Shown here: positions 24,088-37,193 of the stretch, piece after piece
Layout of the letters: each line of letters opens with the position of its first letter
Numbering within the stretch: position 1 is the first letter of the stretch
From: Syncephalis fuscata S228
Lineage: Eukaryota; Fungi; Zoopagomycota
Direction of reading: 5' to 3'
NCBI GenBank assembly: GCA_025786725.1
Contig: JAHLTZ010000064.1
Location: forward strand, 1-64,000
Length of the DNA: 64,000 nucleotides
Program-made: the position numbers and the translations under genes
Notes under the pieces: generated by a model
Told to the model about the DNA's origin: nothing
Seen by the model: only the letters and a program-made list of their open reading frames with translations
Database searches by the model: none

Positions 24088-26009
24088 CTGTAACAACATC
24101 CAGCCATTTTTATTGTCTAATAAAGACAACTTTGCCTACAGTTGCCGATGCTGTTAATAACGACTAGCTAGCAGCAAACAATAATTTATACATTAACTAC
24201 TTACAATAGTGTACATATTTATTTGAGTATATAACAATTGATGTTAAAGTATCAGCCTTCACTCTATTCTATTTTACTAATTAGCAAAGCAAGTAATATA
24301 CTAAACAACAAACTGCACCGCTGTTGGCAGCTAGTTAGTTGTATTGATATATTGCAACCATTGCATATACCGTTTTATTGATGTATATTATTATAAGCAC
24401 CGTGATATTAAGTTGTTTTCATCTTGCTACTGTATCTACCTTGATTATAGTTGTTAAGCAACGGTCACTTTCTTATAATGTTTTAACATTTAGCGTCAGT
24501 CTAAATATATTATTCATTTTATTGCAATAGCAATAAAACTAAGTTGTCGGCAACTGTAGACCAGTATTCAGCTACTTGACTTGTAGTACAGTATTAACAT
24601 ATTACAATTAGCTACATTTAATATAAATACAGCTGCGTCATTCATATAAACAATAACATCGATGGTTTATTCGGTTATTTTATTTGTGCCAAGTACAATA
24701 CATTAATACTAAACAACTTGTTTGCAATTTAATACGATTGAGTTCATATGACTACTCTCGACAGCACTCTAACGGTTTAACTACGTATTTGTATGTATGA
24801 AATAAGATCGAATGATAAGCGATATTAGGCATCGAAATACTTGTTATTATAGATTTAGTATTTGTATTTATGTATCATTCATTCATTTATATCATTACTA
24901 TTCTGTATTTATTATATTGTATATTGATTGATCATGTAATAAGCACAGCTTATTTACAGCTAGTATTTATTAGCACTGGTTCTATTTGCTATAGTTTCAA
25001 CTCATTGTACCTACTCAATTGTCTATGTATAGCTTCACTGCTATCTTATTCATTCATCCCGTTCTAGACTATTCTATACTCTACTCATCATGCCTAATTA
25101 GTAAATTTTGTTTATTTGCTACTAGCTATATTGTCTGTAGGCTTTGGCTTGATTTACTCAGACATTACACACATGCACATGTTATGCTTTTGTTACTGAT
25201 AGTTTCATAGGCTATAGAGCCTGTAATTGCTAACAACAATGGCCAAGTAGTATTATGTGTTTAAATATACTACAGTCTACAAATCCAAACGTGCTAGAAT
25301 TTGTACTAATTGCTACGTTGAAAATGCCAGTGTTCAGAAAGAAATACTGATGAACAAAACTACTTAAGCGGCAAAATAAAGCAAAAAACAGCAAATAGGT
25401 AGCAGAGCATGTAGCCAGCACAGCTATTATGCCAACAGCTGTACATGATGGCTGTGATAGTTATATGCTGCCAAAGTCATTGCATAGATCGCCACTGCAA
25501 ATTGTGCTGACAACAACATGTATTGTCCCGACAGCAATAGATCGTACTACCATTGTTGAGATAGAAAAGCTATTTCCAATAGGCCTGCAATTACATTCAA
25601 TAACAAAAACAAAGTATATATTCAACATAGCATCAAAGCAAGCCAGAAACGTACTTACTGTGTTAAAGAAGCCGCCAGTACAATAATCGAAATAAAGAAG
25701 TGATTAGCAAATAAGGCAAGATTACAAAGAGCAATACAAAAGAGTAATGTAAATAGTGTTTGTAGTTAGCTATTAGTCAGTCAACTACTGACACTATCTA
25801 ACTGGTATATATGGAATGTACAAGCATATGCAATGGATATATGATGTCAAGTATGAAGAAAGAGAAAGGGAACTGTGATGACGTAATTGTATGTTATATT
25901 GTTAACATGAATGAATTAAAACAATGATGTCATTTGACACTAAAACTATTCACTATCATAGAACGAGTTGTCAGCATAATAATCAGTATATTGAAAAGAG
26001 TTATAACAT
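24088..26009. repeat. Dispersed non-coding repeat B, copy 1 (~1.9 kb)
   Basis: Near-identical direct copy at ~46731-48644. The 3' ~370 nt also occurs at 29936-30307. Confidence 0.95.
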
Positions 26010-26183
26010 AAAAAACACGCATTATTTTAGAACATGTTCAACAGTAAATAATGCTTATATTGAAAGAGCTAAACACAATAAAAATTACTTGATACCAAAT
26101 CAATAGCCATAAGTATTAGTAGATTTCAATACGTTGTTGACGTATATTGATGACCTAAAAGCTATAAAAATAAAGTGTGCTAT

Positions 26184-26651
26184 TTATTGTATGAATATTA
26201 ATAGTTTATGCGGTAGTAATATATCATCAGCGCTACTATCAGCACTGTCAATTTCGGTAGAAGTGCTGCTAGTCTTAGTATCAATGTTGCTAGTTTCAGC
26301 ATTAGCGCTATTCGTTGCAGATTGAACTGTTTGCGTATCGACACATACGCCGGTTGTAGCGCTCGGTGCAATTTGGCATGTTAAAAAGTTCATACATTTG
26401 TTAACGAAATTGTCGCATACAGCACCGGCTTGAACAACAGGAACAACACAGATGGCCGGGCTGTCATCGGTGAACCTTTGGCAGGCCAGGTCAATACGGC
26501 ATCGATAATATACTTCGTTGATCAGTCCACAGGGCTGTCTCTCTACTACATAGCGCGTTGAATTGCCAGGCACAACATGACCATCAACACTTTTTAGTCC
26601 GCCAACCATAGCGAGACATGCTAGACTTGTTGAGATGCTACGGAATTGCAT
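26184..26651 (-). CDS. Small secreted Cys-rich protein (155 aa) with two 4-Cys modules and a Ser/Thr-rich tail
   Basis: Signal-peptide-like N-terminus, 8 Cys in the mature part, higher GC than the flanks, intronless ORF. Confidence 0.8.
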   Translation of the reverse strand: MQFRSISTSLACLAMVGGLKSVDGHVVPGNSTRYVVERQPCGLINEVYYRCRIDLACQRFTDDSPAICVVPVVQAGAVCDNFVNKCMNFLTCQIAPSATTGVCVDTQTVQSATNSANAETSNIDTKTSSTSTEIDSADSSADDILLPHKLLIFIQ

Positions 26652-26939
26652 TATGAAAGAGTAACAAAATCGCTTTTAAATGCTTGAGAATTGACGTTAG
26701 TAAGTAAAAAAAGGCTTGGCTCAAATGTCTTCAAATGCTTGCAGTGTGATGTTGTAGATTGTTTGTCAATACAAGGTGCAAGCGGTGTTTTATATAGATT
26801 ACGATCCAAGATAATTTGTGTCACAGGACACTGATAACAGAAAAACGACAATTACTGCCTTGACAACAATAGTAAGGCCAAAGGCTCAATAATGACATCA
26901 TGTTTTGGTTAAAAATAACTATATTTGTTTGAAACATGA

Positions 26940-28415
26940 TTACAAAAAGGCGTAATATACCAAGTTTTCTACAAGTCCGCCTCGGATATATGGTTTAAAG
27001 AACCATTGAGAGCTTGCAGCCATACATAACCATGTAATCAACCAGCCTAAAACAAAAGGCAGTGATCCGTTCGGCAAAAGGACTGCAGGTAGTAAGGCAC
27101 GCGCTGCCGTCTCTAGCAGCGTATAGCCAATGACGAGCAAGCCATGAAAGCAAAAGAATCTCAGATGATCAAAATCGGATCGGCCAAATGCTACTGACAA
27201 AGTGTACTCGTGGATAATAGCACTAAAACAAAAAACGCCGAATCCTGCAATAAATCTGTTCACGCGACGCAACGGACGAGGCAGTGCAGCAGTTGGTGTT
27301 GACGGCAATTTACCGGCGCCTATTGGCTTGGCTTGGCGGCCAAGGGTGCATGTTTTAAGGGCAACAGCGTCAAGTAAAGAGCAGATGGGCCGGTAAGCCG
27401 CCTCAGCAAGTGATGCTTGAACTGGCAGGTTCCAGCGGCGACCCCATAGGTCACGCGGAGACGACGTGAGCCACGGCCGACGGAATAGATCACGACGGAT
27501 GGGCGCGCCCACCGCCCATTGTACCAGATCAAATACAATACCATACCACATGAGCATGCCGAGATAAAGTGCAAATGTAAGCGATAGAATAACGACAGTC
27601 CAGTGGACAAACGCTCTAAACGGGCTCATTTCGAAAAAGAAGGCTGCAGCTGTTGCATCAATGCTATAGAAAGTGAGAAAATCGACATTGCGTGATACAA
27701 CAGCCAAGGGAAACTGTATAGCCAGTAGATAGGCCAGGGGAGGCAGTGGATAGCGAATCCAGAACGGTACAGTATGCCAACCAATTGACTTAAGCCAGGC
27801 GTCGTAGCTATTGGCGAGGTCGATTAAACGAGCCTGTACGGCATCAATAGCTACTGATGTGGCGGTGGATACATCATTAGGCTGTTTCTTCAATGCTACT
27901 GCCAAATTTTCAGGTAGCGCTGACTCTTCAAGATACATGTGACGAATATAATGGTTGAATGAAGTCATGGGCAGTTCATTCGCCGTCACACTGGCCTTTG
28001 CTAAATTAGAAGACAAAGCGTCATCGTCTTTCTTGTTAGTGAGTGCTACTGCCTGGCCATCGATCGTGACGAGTGGTCGAGTGGCAGCGGCTGTAAGTAG
28101 ACCAATACGAATGGCTGAAAATACACAGCCAAACGAGACACCCATATCAATAAGCGGATGTTCTGGATTGACGCCGCGCCATAAAGGCAGCAGAATCATC
28201 GACACGACAATAATCCCGGTAAGATAGCGGACGTGTGCATAATGTAGTCTTGAAACATTACGCAGCAGTTGGTAGTGGGCAAACATATGGGCTCCGATCA
28301 GCGGTAAATACACACCAACCGGAAGGTGGATACCGAGATCTACACGAAAATAAGGCTCGGATGCATTGAGCAAATTCTCCATAGTAGCAGTGCTACAAGT
28401 AAATAAAACAGTCAT
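26940..28415 (-). CDS. Membrane-bound O-acyltransferase, wax-synthase-like (MBOAT_2)
   Basis: Motif FRRPWLTSSPRDLWGRRWN, catalytic-His region FCFSAIIHEY, FFCFHG, and multiple TM segments. Confidence 0.9.
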   Translation of the reverse strand: MTVLFTCSTATMENLLNASEPYFRVDLGIHLPVGVYLPLIGAHMFAHYQLLRNVSRLHYAHVRYLTGIIVVSMILLPLWRGVNPEHPLIDMGVSFGCVFSAIRIGLLTAAATRPLVTIDGQAVALTNKKDDDALSSNLAKASVTANELPMTSFNHYIRHMYLEESALPENLAVALKKQPNDVSTATSVAIDAVQARLIDLANSYDAWLKSIGWHTVPFWIRYPLPPLAYLLAIQFPLAVVSRNVDFLTFYSIDATAAAFFFEMSPFRAFVHWTVVILSLTFALYLGMLMWYGIVFDLVQWAVGAPIRRDLFRRPWLTSSPRDLWGRRWNLPVQASLAEAAYRPICSLLDAVALKTCTLGRQAKPIGAGKLPSTPTAALPRPLRRVNRFIAGFGVFCFSAIIHEYTLSVAFGRSDFDHLRFFCFHGLLVIGYTLLETAARALLPAVLLPNGSLPFVLGWLITWLCMAASSQWFFKPYIRGGLVENLVYYAFL

Positions 28416-29935
28416 AGGTTAGTCGATGTAAGAAATAAGAGACAAATAAACGAACGTTAGAACAATATACAAAAGATGTGCACTATAGTGCCGTTCATTA
28501 CTCGTTGTCAACTGCTGTTCTATAGAGGCGTGGCATCTTTACACTTTAATCATGCATTAATACTTACTAAGAAAATACAAAATAATGTTAATAAAAAGCA
28601 AAAAAAATTCAGTTTAATACTATGGATGCTTGCAAGTGCAGGAATGGCCACTACATTAAGCTTTTATAAACCTAAGTGAACTAGTTTCATTTATTACAGC
28701 TCAGACTCGGTAAAGGAGAAATAGTTGTGCCAAATGTCGTAACTTGAATATTTTGCTTGATTGATTTTCTCATTACACATCCAATCGGCTGGTAAGGATC
28801 AACCATCAGGCTAAATTATCCGTCATATTAATAATCATAGCTCATCACGACACACATATAAATAATGACGATTTAAATTGTCATCTTCAGCTTTATTAGC
28901 ATATAAACGCTATTACTATTATACTCAGTAAATAACTAGTACATAAAGTGGCAGATTTTATTAACTAAATAAACATTATTTTACAACCAACCAACTGCTA
29001 TTTGTTTTATCTGCCATTGAACATATTTTATTTTCCAATACAGTGATATCACACTCAAACACAGTGTTTTTACCGACACTAATATGAGTGAAAAAAATAG
29101 CGTGAGTAATCAGATATGACTAAACGCCGAATTTATTCCGTTAAAAATGCTTAATAAGGTAATTTGTGCACAGACAAAAAACAGAGCATTTTCTCAAAAG
29201 GAAAGGATCTAAGTTTGACACTGTGGATATTTGTAAAAGCAGGAACGACCATTATACTGAGCCTTTATACAAGTAAGCGAAATAGCATTATTTTATTATA
29301 GCTCAGACTTGGTAAAGAAGAAACAATTGTGTCAATTGTCGTAAGTTGAATATTCTGTCTGACTGATGTTCTCATCATATACCCACACATCGGTTTGGTA
29401 AAAATCGATCAATTTACTAGCATTTGTTCTATTGAACATAATGCTAGGTGGTAAATGCTTTCAGTCATCAAAAATACTCATCATCGTAAATGTATTATCC
29501 AGTATGCATATATTCATATTATTACATAGTATTATATTACTGGAGGGCTAGTAGCGCACATAGCCACTACAGTTATTGTATTGGCAATTGTGCGCATATA
29601 TCAGTAGCAACAGTAGTAGATTGCATTATCATACTGACCTTGAAGGTTTACACATTGAATATACTAGCAGCACATTCTACTACTACTGTATGTATACAGA
29701 AATTGTAGACAAGTGTGGCGATTATATGCTGCCAGAGTCATTGTATGTTCTGTTTTGCCATAGATTATCACTGCAGCTAATGCTAATAGCGGTTTTTACT
29801 ATCTTGACAGTAGCAAATCGCATGATCACTATTGAAATCACACATGCTGCTGTCAGATGGCATGCCATTAGAATTTATAGCAAAAGAAAAGTGTACAAAG
29901 AGAGTTCACAGTATATGCGCAACATAACATACAAA

Positions 29936-30307
29936 TAAGCCAAAACGTACTTACTGTGTTAAAGAAGCTGCCAGTACTAATAATCGAAATAAAGATGATG
30001 ATTAGCAAATAAGGCAAGATTACAAAAGAGCAATACAAAAGAGTAATGTAAATAGTGTTTGTAGTTAGCTATTAGTCAGTCAAATACTGACACTATCTAA
30101 CTGGTATATATGGAATGTACAAGCATATGCAATGGATATATGATGTCAAGTATGAAGAAAGAGAAAGGAAATGTGATGACGTAGATTGTATGTTATATTG
30201 TTAACATGAATGAATTAAAACAATGATGTCATTTGACACTAAAACTATTCATTATCATAGAACGAGTTGTCAGCACAATAATGAGTAATTAAAAAGAGTT
30301 ATAACAT
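29936..30307. repeat. Partial copy (3' end) of repeat B
   Basis: Matches 25638-26009 and ~48281-48644. More diverged similarity extends upstream to ~29450. Confidence 0.9.
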
Positions 30308-30583
30308 TAAATACCATTTAATAAAGCTTATTAAAAGTAGATTTATAAATATATTAAAATGATTGACGATGCTTAGTATACATTCATTCCAGAGTACAAA
30401 TAACAATTATAAAGCATCATTTATTAATCCACTATAAAATATTTATTATCTTTCGTTCAATTGTTATTTGTATTATCAGAACATTTTCTCGATCAACAAC
30501 AAAAAAGATAACTTAGATAGAAATGACAAATCAATCACAGCATACCAGCCATAATATGGCAATACCGCCACTACTTTGCACAA

Positions 30584-32577
30584 CTATCGGCCATATTGAG
30601 GCGGACTAGGCGGTGATCTTTGTGGATCATAAGTATTGATACTTGAATTTCTAGTTACAGGTACAATAATTACAGACTCTGCATGGGTCTCTGTATCGGA
30701 TACGGCCGATATTGACGAATCAAAATGATGTAGCGGATCGTTTGGAGATAAATGCGACCGCCGATCCTGTCCTTGGCGGTAGTCAAAGTAGCTACGTGTC
30801 GACGTATTCGTCATAAAAGTGGTGTAGTTGCCCAAATTCCCGCTATGTTGATACGGCGGTACACCAAGGTTTGATATACGGAGTGATGCGGTCCGTTGCG
30901 TCAATGGCCGCTGAGCACCCTGATAGGAATAGGCACGTGGTGCGCCAAAGTTTGAATTGCGAGAAGCTGCACTTGCTGCAACAATGCCAGACGTATGCCA
31001 AGTATGTCGATCCACCGGTACATCAGTGGGCGAATGCTCAGACAATGCCTTACTGCTGTATTTACTATTCCGTGACTGTGGAGTAGCTGGCACCGGCTGC
31101 TTCTCACTAAGCCATGGCGATTTTTCGTATTTCTGGGCTGAGCCAGCCAGTGAAACAAAGCTTAGTGGCAGCATACCAATCTCGCCTGTTGTATAGTTGC
31201 AGCCATGGGCCCAATCATCCGAAAAGATTTGATCGACCTCAATAACATCGCCCACTTCAATAAGCATTTCATCTTCTAGATTGGGCAAGTAGGCAAATAT
31301 GGCCCGGTAGATTTGATTTGGTTGCTTATTGCGATTCAGCGTTTGGTTTTTGTTTTGTCTGAAGCGCCATAGAACAAATGCTGCGATAATCACAACTGCG
31401 GCAGCACAGGCACAGATAATTAGTATGTAATTTGTTTTCTGGCGCTCGTCACTCGTGCCTTGGATCTTGACTAAAGTGCACGATTTAATAGTATCGTCAA
31501 TCTTTGTACAGCATGGATCATCATTGTGTTTGTAGCAGTATTCGCAGGCAGTATCTTTATTGGCTGGCAACATAAATCCTATACAAGCATAGATAAATTA
31601 TCTGTAAGTAGTATAATATGCTTTAACTTACCGCATGTATTGGGCTCGTTCAAATCACCACGAATACAAACTCCAGGCTGGCCTCTAACAAAGTCTTTGT
31701 CACAAAATTGCAAAAGCTCCTCTTGCCTAGTTTTAAACCATTTGCCACTGGACGGACACACCGACTTGTCCTTTATTATGCTAATCCAATCGTTGACATA
31801 ACCATCGCATGTATTTCTACAAACAGATAGCGGCCCTCTTCTGCCATCGTTTGTAGTTGACTTTTGATCAGTATCTTTTGTGGAATTAACAGACTTTTTC
31901 GAACAATTGATGGCTTCATTTGAATTCGCAATCTCTCCACAAGCAATAGTAGTTGAGAACCTTGGCAGTAGATCCAGTCTCCAGTTTGTGCAGTTCATCG
32001 CCCATAAATTGGCATGCATAGGCTCATCTTCAGCATTAAGTACGGACGCGAGCGCTTTGTCAAAGTCTTTTGAATTTTTGACGGTCATATTGCCTATTTT
32101 ATAGGTGACGGGTAACAGTGCACTGCCAAATTGTGGACATAATTTGGATTCAGCCAAACTAAAGCATTCACTAGCGTCGTCATTTGGTTTGGTAGTGGGT
32201 GTGCTTTTTGCCACACTGTCCGTCGAAGTACTTGTTGGTGTACTTTTTGTTGCGCCGTCAGTTGAAGTACCTGTTGGTGCACTTTTTATAACAACAGCGT
32301 CACTCAAAATATTTGGTGGTATACTATTCGCAAAAGTACTGGTGGGTGCTCTATTGGCTGGGCCATTGGGTGGCGGCGCAGTAGGTGTTGGTGTAGGACG
32401 TGGTGGTGAAGTAGATGCGGATTGCCGACGAACAAGTACAATTGGATTATGTACTTTACTGGCAGCAACTTCAAATGTGAAGCCAAATAATATTGCTAGA
32501 ACAAGCACTACTATTAATTGACCAATAAAAATCTTTTTACGCCTCTTTACTTTTGAGTAAAGGTTTGCTGCAATCAT
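30584..32577 (-). CDS. Membrane protein with signal/anchor, Pro/Thr-rich linker, Cys-rich ectodomain, TM helix and cytoplasmic SH3 domain; intron 31631-31579
   Basis: Two ORFs join in frame (NTCG|FMLP). TM segment YILIICACAAAVVIIAAFVLW. SH3 signature YRAIFAYLPNLEDEMLIEVGDVIEVDQIFSDDWAHG...GEIGMLPLSFV. Confidence 0.88.
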
Positions 32578-34318
32578 AGTCGTAATAGACGGTGATAAAA
32601 AGTTACAAAGGCAATTGAAGGTGTCGTTATATATAAAATAAACGTACGTATATCACTAGAGTGAAAGTAATTGTTTTAAATACACGATATCAAGAAATTG
32701 CTGTACAATACGTAGTGTTATTGTTGTTAGATGAAGAATCGCTGTATAGATACAGTCGTTGCAAAGTACCGATAACTGAGATGAGAATGCTAACTATGCT
32801 GAATACTACACTGTAATAGATAGGTAGTTTAAATGCAATGCTAAATGAGAAAATGCTAATAGAAATGCTGAAATGCAAAAATAAACAAGACTACGTCAAC
32901 AATATGCTATGCAGAAGATGTAGGAAAGAAGGCTGTCAATAAATCAGGCTATTATTTACGACTTTGTACTGTCCACTATTAACTCCAATGGCCAAAACTG
33001 GAGGAATAAGACGTATGAGCAATGAGGCCTTTGTTGTTGTAAAAAAGTGTGTTTGTACAGTAATACAAATAGGCAAATGAGCTGGCGAGCAGGCATTGTT
33101 TTTTATTGTTCCTACACGCTGGCATGGCAGTCCATAGGCCGATTTTCGTTAAAATAGTTGCAAAGTCTATTTGCAATAAATGATTTCTATAAATAAAATA
33201 GTATTATTATTTTCATTATTATTATTATTGCTATGTCTATTGGTGTTCATGGTCAATAATTATAATATTAATTAGGCAATCAGTGCATTACCAAACATTA
33301 TATTTATTATTGGATCTTGTCCATCTGTTCTGCAAATGATTTACGATAAACATGATTGTTATCAATTCAATTTAAAAAGATTATCAACACAATGCCATTT
33401 ATGTTCAACAGCACATGGCATGGAAAAAAGTAATTAAAAAATAGCACTTATCTTGAAACTGTTTTACCATTGCCCGTATCACAAACGACAGTCATGTAAC
33501 GATAGTGAGATAATGACGATAATGGCTTGGTGTCGCTGTTAATAGGCAGTGTCAGTTCCGACTATCAGTAAAGTACCGCTGATTCACGTGGTGATTACCG
33601 GGAAATTTTGAATTGCTAATTTGCTAAAAGAAAAAAGATACCGTCAATATAGATAGGGTGATGGAATCATTGATAGCAACCTATATAGATAATGAATCAT
33701 GCTAGATAGAACTGATCGATAAGTATTGGCCGATAGCTAGGATACGTGTTATTGATACTATCTATTGGTTGGGGACTGTTGGCTATTAGCTTGTTATATA
33801 AATACGCTGGTATAATTGTATTATTGCTACTATTACCACTACTACTACTACTAGTTCATACACATCGTAACTAAAGCTTTATTTGATTAATATCATGGTC
33901 GTCTATTACTCATCGTATCCATTCCCCGGCTTCTTTAGCTGGCTGCGCAAGTCCAAGACCACACCCAGCAGGCCGGAGTCACCAACAAGCCACAAGGATT
34001 GCGAATAACTTTGTTAAAATACCACTCATTTTGCAACTATCTAAACCGCTTTAATTCATCGGTTACACCAATGCTATTCATATTAACACACTATATCATA
34101 TTCACATTATAACAATTTGCGACTCATACAATATTCAACTATGTTTATTACGCAATAAACAAGTAAAAAAAATTTTATTTTATCCTTAGATTAGGTAATA
34201 TATATGTAATGTTCATTGCAGTTATTAGAATGTGTTAATGCTGTCTGTTTTACTCTGAAAAGTATTATACTGATTCTGTACATTATAACATTGCTTAAAC
34301 AACACATCGAATTGACAC

Positions 34319-35110
34319 TTAGCTTGCAGGAGTTGCTTTCCAGCTAGTGTAGAACTGGGCGATTGCTGCAATGGTGCCAAAGATGCCTACACCAATATCT
34401 GGAAATGATGAGCTTTCCAACGACCAGTGCACAGTCAAAGGCAAATATGAAGTATTAATGAGAGCATTGATGGCCAATCGTTTGCGATCTGCTTGCAGCT
34501 GACGAAGCGGGCCTTCCTGCTCACCGGTATTGTCGCTATCGCCTGACTCTTTGACCAAACGCTGTTCACGACGCTTCAGCTGTTTATATTCATCCCAAAG
34601 CCGTACAAACTCCAAAATTACATAGGCCGCCCAGAATCGACACGACCAATATCCAACCTTGTCCATTGTTTTCGACTCGGCTGGTATTACGTTATGTAGC
34701 ATAAGCCAATAGGCATGCTCGAGTGGATAGTAGATGGCGTTGCATAGACATTGCACACGTTCAATAGTGTGGCTCAACTTTTGAGCGGGTGCAGGCTCTG
34801 TCGTCTCAAGCTGTATCCAGTATTTGATGAGCGGTAACAAGCCATAGTATCGCAATAGAATGCGAAAATCTGATATAGGCCCCGATAAATTGGTTACGCG
34901 TAGCGCATGTTTCTCGTTGCCGTGTCGCTGAAAGTGCCAGAATACAATTTTACTCGCATATTGCACCACCTATTGAATTGTTATTGTGGTGTACGGACAA
35001 CGGCAGTAATTAAACAAACAACTTACCATAAGCGTTTTGTCGGTGCCATTGACCGTATTTAAGAATCGGACAACACGGTCGAGTTTGGCAAGTAGCTTTT
35101 TGGTTTCCAT
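34319..35110 (-). CDS. Peroxisomal biogenesis factor 11 family protein (PEX11C-like), two exons
   Basis: VRFLNTVNGTDKTLM|VVQYASK, ISDFRILLRYYGLLP, YYPLEHAYWL, WSCRFWAAYV, YLPLTVHWS. Confidence 0.85.
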
Positions 35111-35566
35111 TAGGCGCGATGAGAGAAGTGCACGAAAGAGTACGTGAATAAAGAACGGCAATATAATTCCGGCATATCAATAATATGGACATCACGTGAC
35201 AATAAGCCATCATTTCTGATATTATGGCGCTATATAGCTGTTGCTGCTTTTTTGTTTTTATATATAGAATAAAAAATCTTTCACAACCTTGTAATTATCT
35301 TTATTGCAAACATAGCTATATCGATAAGCATGATGAAATGCAATAAGTACGCAATATCCTATTTTATATGGATACCAACTGTTGTATCAATAATGGTCAA
35401 TGAATGAGAGAAATCCTTGGTTTGCTAAGTACTTGAGGTTTATAGAAAATACAATGAAACATTATAAGTTCTATAAACGTGTATAATATTAAAGGTGATG
35501 TTGTAAAGCATGCTATGTTCAAAATATTTAATTACGTTATTTGTGTGCCAATCCGCACACAATTAC

Positions 35567-37193
35567 AACAATATTGAATCACAAAGTAATAGATCTGACA
35601 AAATATCTTAATTTTGGAGCTGTAATGATATACTAAGATTGATTTGCAGACTAGCAAGGATGCATATGGAATTTGCCATCGTCAAATGCTAATTTCACAA
35701 CTTGTCCTATTGTAGTTTTAGCGCGTGTATCTAGCATAAAACATTTCCATTATTGCCAAATAAATCATTTGTGCATCAATATTGCTGCTGATCGATACTA
35801 TTACATTGTTGCTGCACGCTCAAATCTAATTGCATCTGACTGGACAATCTGATGGGTAGTGGCATTACATACCAATCAGTTGTTCACTGATCATATTCCA
35901 TACATCATGCATCCAACAACCTGTGCTAACAAAGGGTAAATGGCATTGTGTATTAATCAAATATACACTAACCATATGCTATGCACTGTGCGTTGAATAG
36001 TCTGCAATAATGGGTCATAATAATATTAAATATTGCCACTTTATACGCTAATTATATGGTATGCATTCTACATATTCATAAACATAGAATAACCAGTATT
36101 CTAAAACATCGGCACTGGTAATACAACTGGGCTACTAGTACCATATGCTTTAGATATGAATTCGACACCAACCAAGACCATTTGGCAACTGTTGTCTAGT
36201 CCGTTTATACGCCAGGGTTTAGCCAATGGGGCTATTCAACTTTTAATCATGCTGTATGTTGCAAACAAAATTGCATTAATTATATTTATTCGGCTATGCA
36301 AACTATTAGTAATAAACACATGGTTTCTTTTAATTACATATAACTATACTACTATGTCTATGGCCATGTTTAATTTGCATCCAGTGGCTAGTAAACATTA
36401 AGCAAAGCAACATACTTTTGCTTTAATTCTATTTTACTTTATTTTCTTGAATATGAGCCATTGTATCATATTATTTGCAGCTTAGCTTTTTTAACTGATG
36501 ATGTGCACCATGTTTTGTTAAATTGCTTATTATTAGGCAGATACGATACTTTTGTAAAAAGCCTTATGGATATACCATTGTCTAGCACACTTTCTCAAAC
36601 TCAAGTACACTAATACTATTACTTGCCCATAAGAAGTATCAACAGTATTATAATACAAAAATATTAGCATAGACAATTTAAATTGCGAATTGTTTATCTT
36701 TTGTTTATTATTATTGATGGCTGGAATAGTAACAGCATATCTGGCTATGTTGGGCAGCATTGCACTCTGTTGTTATTTTGTCTTTATAAACAATATATTA
36801 GCCATTTAGTATGGTATGGAATCAAATGTGTTTATTGATAATTTTTTAGTAAACGTGAGTTACTTTATAGATATTCAAATATAATAACAAAATATAGACG
36901 CATTATTAATAGATTTGTAAATATCACTAGTCATAGTGTGGTATAATCACATTGTTATACAGCATAATGATGACCAACTAATTACCAGGTCTACGTATTG
37001 CTACATGTTATAAGTTGCGATATAATCATTGCCAAATACTTGATCCAATATAAATTGCATACTTGACTTTTCCCTTTGTTCTATTTTGCATTATATCAAA
37101 GATGTAGTCGTAAGCCATGATTCTAGAAGCTTTTATTTTTACATTATGTCCCGTGTCTTTGTTAATATAAAGTAGAATAATTTGCTTATATTT
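35567..37193. repeat. Dispersed non-coding repeat A, copy 2
   Basis: Near-identical to 5608-7238. Confidence 0.95.

Noticed and set aside
28690-29410. Diverged ~110-bp direct repeat (about 28690-28800 and 29293-29410) upstream of the MBOAT gene
   Set aside because: Real but short and old, with no evidence of function.
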